Assembly (NCBI GenBank): GCA_002428085.1 | Contig: DJAA01000034.1 | Span: forward strand, 18,984-81,255 | From: Sulfurimonas sp. UBA6014 | GTDB lineage: Bacteria; Campylobacterota; Campylobacteria; Campylobacterales; Sulfurimonadaceae | Reading direction: 5' to 3' | DNA length: 62,272 nt | Part shown: positions 59,431 to 62,272 of the stretch, piece after piece | Layout of the letters: each line of letters starts with the position of its first letter | How positions within the stretch are numbered: the stretch's first letter is position 1 | Program-made: the position numbers and the translations under genes | Notes under the pieces: generated by a model | Databases searched by the model: none | Told to the model about the DNA's origin: nothing | Seen by the model: only the letters and a program-made list of their open reading frames with translations

Positions 59431-60828
59431 CTATTTTACAGTCGTAAAACTTAAAACATCCTCACTCATTTCCACTTTGTCACTTACTTTTTTCTTGAGT
59501 CCGCGGGTTGTTGCAAGAGCTTTGTTGATGTCTTTTGAGATGATATAGTATCCACTTTGCTCGTCGTATTCCGCTAGCGGAAGTGAGGTTATTTTTTGGT
59601 TTGAGGCTATGACTTGGATGCTCTCTACTCCAAAAGGCGGCTCTATTGTAAAGGCTCCAAGGCTTATCCATCTTGAGGCGTCATCGGCGTTTACAAACTT
59701 GACAAATCTACTCTCACCATGACCCTCACTAAGCTCCAACAAGTAAGAGAGTTTTGCCTCTTTTGTCTGCGTGTAGCCGATTATGTAAAAGTAACCCATT
59801 TTGTTTAATTTTACAAAAAGTTCTACCTCTTCGCCCTTGTTAAAAAGGAGATTTTCGCTTCCTCTGTTTGAGTTGAGTGAGACTTTTAAGTCACTTGAGC
59901 TTACTACTCCTGCATTTAAAAGTGCGTCAAAATCTACACTTTTTGGTGTTGTTGCTATATCTTTATAAGCAAGTGGATTTATATGTAGAGTTTTTGATTG
60001 TACGACTTCATTTGTTTTGCTATCTAAAAGTTCATAGTTTAAAACCATCGCATTTTTTGTGAGCGTGTATTCTCCTACTAAAAGGAACAAGGCATCTTTT
60101 GGGGTTTTCGCGGTTTTTAGATGCGAATGCAACTCTTTTTGAAACACCGAGCCAAACTGTGCGACTGTGGTACTGTTTTGTAAAAGCGGCGGATAAACAA
60201 AGATTTTATCTTGTTTAAAATGCTCTGCAAAAATTCCACATGCCATGCTTAGAGAGTCAATATTGGCTTTGAGTTTTGCAAGCTCAGTTTGAACTTTTGC
60301 CTTTGTGAATGTCGGTCTCTCCTCAAGTTTTGCCCCTAAAATAAGCGCAACACTTTCATACCTGTCGTACTCGTTTAAGAGTGAGAAAATATCTTCGTAA
60401 AGCTTGAGTTTTAAAGAGGATGTCTCCGCAAGTTCAAGTTCTTTTGTAAGTGCGTTTATCTCTGCATGAAGGTTTTTGAGTTTTTGCGTATAAAGTGCAT
60501 TGACCTTTGCAGGTGAGAGTTTTACGCTCGCCTCCACTTCTAAAGCTCTCGCAACATAACTAAACTCACCCCCAAGTATAGGCAGGTTTGAGCTTATTTT
60601 AATGTTGGACTTTGCCTCTGCGCTTGTGTTCGTCGAAGTCGATTCAAAGTTCGAGCGAACTTCACTTTTTATAACCTGAGCCAAATCAGCCAAAGCCTCT
60701 TTTTTTGCTTCTTGGTTTGTCTGTGCAAAACCAATTCCGCTGATGTCGGCACTTAGGGCAGGTGCAAATAATAATCCACATGCCAAGAGAATTGTTTGTA
60801 CACTTTTATATAGTTCTTTTTGCATCAC
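59431..60828 (-). CDS. Secreted/lipoprotein-like protein: LPP20-like N-terminal region, coiled coil, DUF4384-like C-terminal beta domain
   Basis: Signal or lipobox-like ILLACGLLFAPALSA. GFAQTNQEAKKEALADLAQVIKSEV resembles LPP20. C-terminal VELFVKLNKMGYFYIIGY...SYLLEL resembles DUF4384. ATGA overlap with the upstream caspase gene. Confidence 0.55.
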   Translation of the reverse strand: MMQKELYKSVQTILLACGLLFAPALSADISGIGFAQTNQEAKKEALADLAQVIKSEVRSNFESTSTNTSAEAKSNIKISSNLPILGGEFSYVARALEVEASVKLSPAKVNALYTQKLKNLHAEINALTKELELAETSSLKLKLYEDIFSLLNEYDRYESVALILGAKLEERPTFTKAKVQTELAKLKANIDSLSMACGIFAEHFKQDKIFVYPPLLQNSTTVAQFGSVFQKELHSHLKTAKTPKDALFLLVGEYTLTKNAMVLNYELLDSKTNEVVQSKTLHINPLAYKDIATTPKSVDFDALLNAGVVSSSDLKVSLNSNRGSENLLFNKGEEVELFVKLNKMGYFYIIGYTQTKEAKLSYLLELSEGHGESRFVKFVNADDASRWISLGAFTIEPPFGVESIQVIASNQKITSLPLAEYDEQSGYYIISKDINKALATTRGLKKKVSDKVEMSEDVLSFTTVK

Positions 60829-62272
60829 TTCACTCCTATTGGAAAATCTGTTATGGTCTCGGGTTTGCTTCCCATTGGGGTTTGTTTGCCGTTTGTGAGT
60901 TTTTTGACGCGTTCGCTTATGTAGAAGCTGAGACTATCGACGGTGATTTTTCCGCTTTGCATCAAGTCAGCCTTGCCTTCTAGCCCTTCGATTAGAGCTT
61001 TTGTAAAGGCTCCATTGCCCCAAGATTTATCTTCAAGACTGTACTGTTTGCCTGTGCTTGAGGTAAAAACTACCACTCCATTTTCGGCATCGTTGAGCTC
61101 TTGGATGAGTCCCGTGGTGTCTATGCTTCTGCGTTTACCCATGATATTTCCACTGTGGCAGGCATCAGCAAAAAGTATCACTTTTCCTGCAATACTTGAG
61201 AGTGTCATGGTAAACTCACTAAAAGCTATGCCCGTTCTTCGGTGGCTTTTGTCGTCATAGTTGACAGGTAAAAAGTAAAAATTGCTATTTTCATCATTGA
61301 CTCCGTGTCCTGCCATAAACACCATCGCCACATCTTTGCTCGTCGTTTCTTTTTGAATCCACTCCAAACCATCCAAAATATCACCCTTTGAAGCGGTTTT
61401 ATTTGTCAAAACTTTGACGATAACATCGCTGTAAAGTTTCCCTTTTTGTTTACGCATAACGTCTGCAAAATCTTTCGCATCTTTTGCCGCAAAACCAAGC
61501 CGTATGGTTTCGTCTTCGTACTCACTCACGCCAATAGCTAAAATATAAAGCTTTGGTTTCAAGAGCGCCTCCATATCGCCGAGGTAGTGTATAGTAAACT
61601 CCACAGGGTCGCTAAATCCCCACTTGTTTTGTGCTATGATGCTCAGAGTTCCGCTTTGTTTTGGCAAGGTGACATCAAGGGTCGTGATGTCGCCGTTACT
61701 TTTTGGTTTTAAGCCTCTGCTCTCTTCTAGCGGTCGCCCCTCAAAGAGGTATTTGTACCCTATAATCTCGCTGACACTGCTCGCGCGAACTTTGAGATGG
61801 ACTCTGCCATCTTTTGTGTCTTTCTCAGGAAACTCTGCCATGGTAAGATAAGGCGGCAAACTCTGGGCGATACTTACTGTTTGCTCTTTTTTACCAAGTT
61901 TGGCAAGTGCCTCTTTCTCACTCAAACCCCCGACAATAAGGCTAATAAGCTCAGGATTATAATAGCGCGCCTTCAATTTTCCCACAGGATAAAAAAGTGC
62001 CTCTTTATCGCTCCCTTGGTTAATATGCCAACCAATATATTTATCGCCTTTGAGGCTTGAGTTATAGTAACCGCTTGGAGTCCAAAGCACCCATTCATTG
62101 TCTTTTGAGACGAAAAGAGAAAGCTTAGGCTGTATCGGAAGTACGACTTCAGTCGTACCCTTACCTTGTGAATGCAAAGCCCTAAGCGGCGACAAATCCC
62201 AAATATGCATAATCTGGTCATCACCACCGCTCACCATAGTATCGCCCTCGATAGCGATGTTCCATACCCCGC
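60825..62272 (-). CDS. WD40-repeat / caspase-like (peptidase C14) protein; N-terminus lies beyond the right window edge
   Basis: The frame is open to the window edge (GVWNIAIEGDTMVSGGDDQIMHIWDL is a WD40 blade). Caspase His in FMAGHG (codon 61305-61307). Caspase Cys in FADACHSGN (codon 61158-61160). Confidence 0.8.
   Translation of the reverse strand, partial: GVWNIAIEGDTMVSGGDDQIMHIWDLSPLRALHSQGKGTTEVVLPIQPKLSLFVSKDNEWVLWTPSGYYNSSLKGDKYIGWHINQGSDKEALFYPVGKLKARYYNPELISLIVGGLSEKEALAKLGKKEQTVSIAQSLPPYLTMAEFPEKDTKDGRVHLKVRASSVSEIIGYKYLFEGRPLEESRGLKPKSNGDITTLDVTLPKQSGTLSIIAQNKWGFSDPVEFTIHYLGDMEALLKPKLYILAIGVSEYEDETIRLGFAAKDAKDFADVMRKQKGKLYSDVIVKVLTNKTASKGDILDGLEWIQKETTSKDVAMVFMAGHGVNDENSNFYFLPVNYDDKSHRRTGIAFSEFTMTLSSIAGKVILFADACHSGNIMGKRRSIDTTGLIQELNDAENGVVVFTSSTGKQYSLEDKSWGNGAFTKALIEGLEGKADLMQSGKITVDSLSFYISERVKKLTNGKQTPMGSKPETITDFPIGVK

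Noticed and set aside
60000-60010. GTACGACTTCA, an 11-nt half of the 21-nt palindromic repeat, inside the DUF4384-like gene.
   Set aside because: An 11-mer match has an appreciable chance expectation in 62 kb. It also encodes a similar peptide (TNEVV versus TTEVV), and the second half of the palindrome is absent.

Overview
This 62.3-kb window is densely coding chromosomal DNA that looks like a Campylobacterota (epsilonproteobacterial) genome, probably a hydrogen- or sulfur-oxidising member. That assignment is an inference from two things. One is gene content: hyp genes, split b/b' ATP-synthase subunits and FlaG. The other is gene order: rplU-rpmA-obg-proB-fmt-birA-parAB-atpF'FHAGDC-exbBD-tolB-pal-ybgF-slyD-fabD-pfs matches my memory of C. 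jejuni Cj0094-Cj0118. I saw no rRNA, tRNA, CRISPR array, transposase or integrase.

Contents in order:
1. hypB(partial)CD-EA.
2. A roughly 12.4-kb minus-strand Che-like operon: cheY-cheW-mcp-STAS-cheA-cheR-(His-less kinase-like)-cheD-cheB-(PAS kinase)-(receiver protein)-(PAS protein), followed by a J-domain gene.
3. The conserved core block: ribosomal proteins, obg, par, F1Fo ATPase, Tol-Pal, slyD, fabD, pfs.
4. yebC.
5. One long minus-strand run: era, a Csd6/Pgp2-like and a Csd4/Pgp1-like peptidoglycan peptidase, then an MSHA/Cts-type secretin-ATPase machine with no pilin genes.
6. hslVU, rplI, two tandem ferredoxin-thioredoxin-reductase-like/rhodanese fusion genes, argG, and flaG with a near-consensus sigma28 promoter.
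7. An MFS transporter, a HAD-like hydrolase, and an operon of a WD40-caspase protein (runs off the right edge) plus an LPP20/DUF4384-like protein.

Best candidates for something undescribed:
- The Che-like operon. Four different proteins (one receptor and three non-receptors) end in the same acidic tail plus hydrophobic-x-x-Phe terminus. It also holds a kinase-like protein lacking its acceptor His, and an unassigned 135-residue module shared by a receiver protein and a PAS protein.
- The WD40-caspase/DUF4384 pair.
- The tandem FTRc-rhodanese fusions.
- A 21-nt palindromic sequence present identically inside hypD (within an apparent in-frame insertion) and inside the caspase gene.

All domain calls come from motifs read by eye. 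No searches were run.
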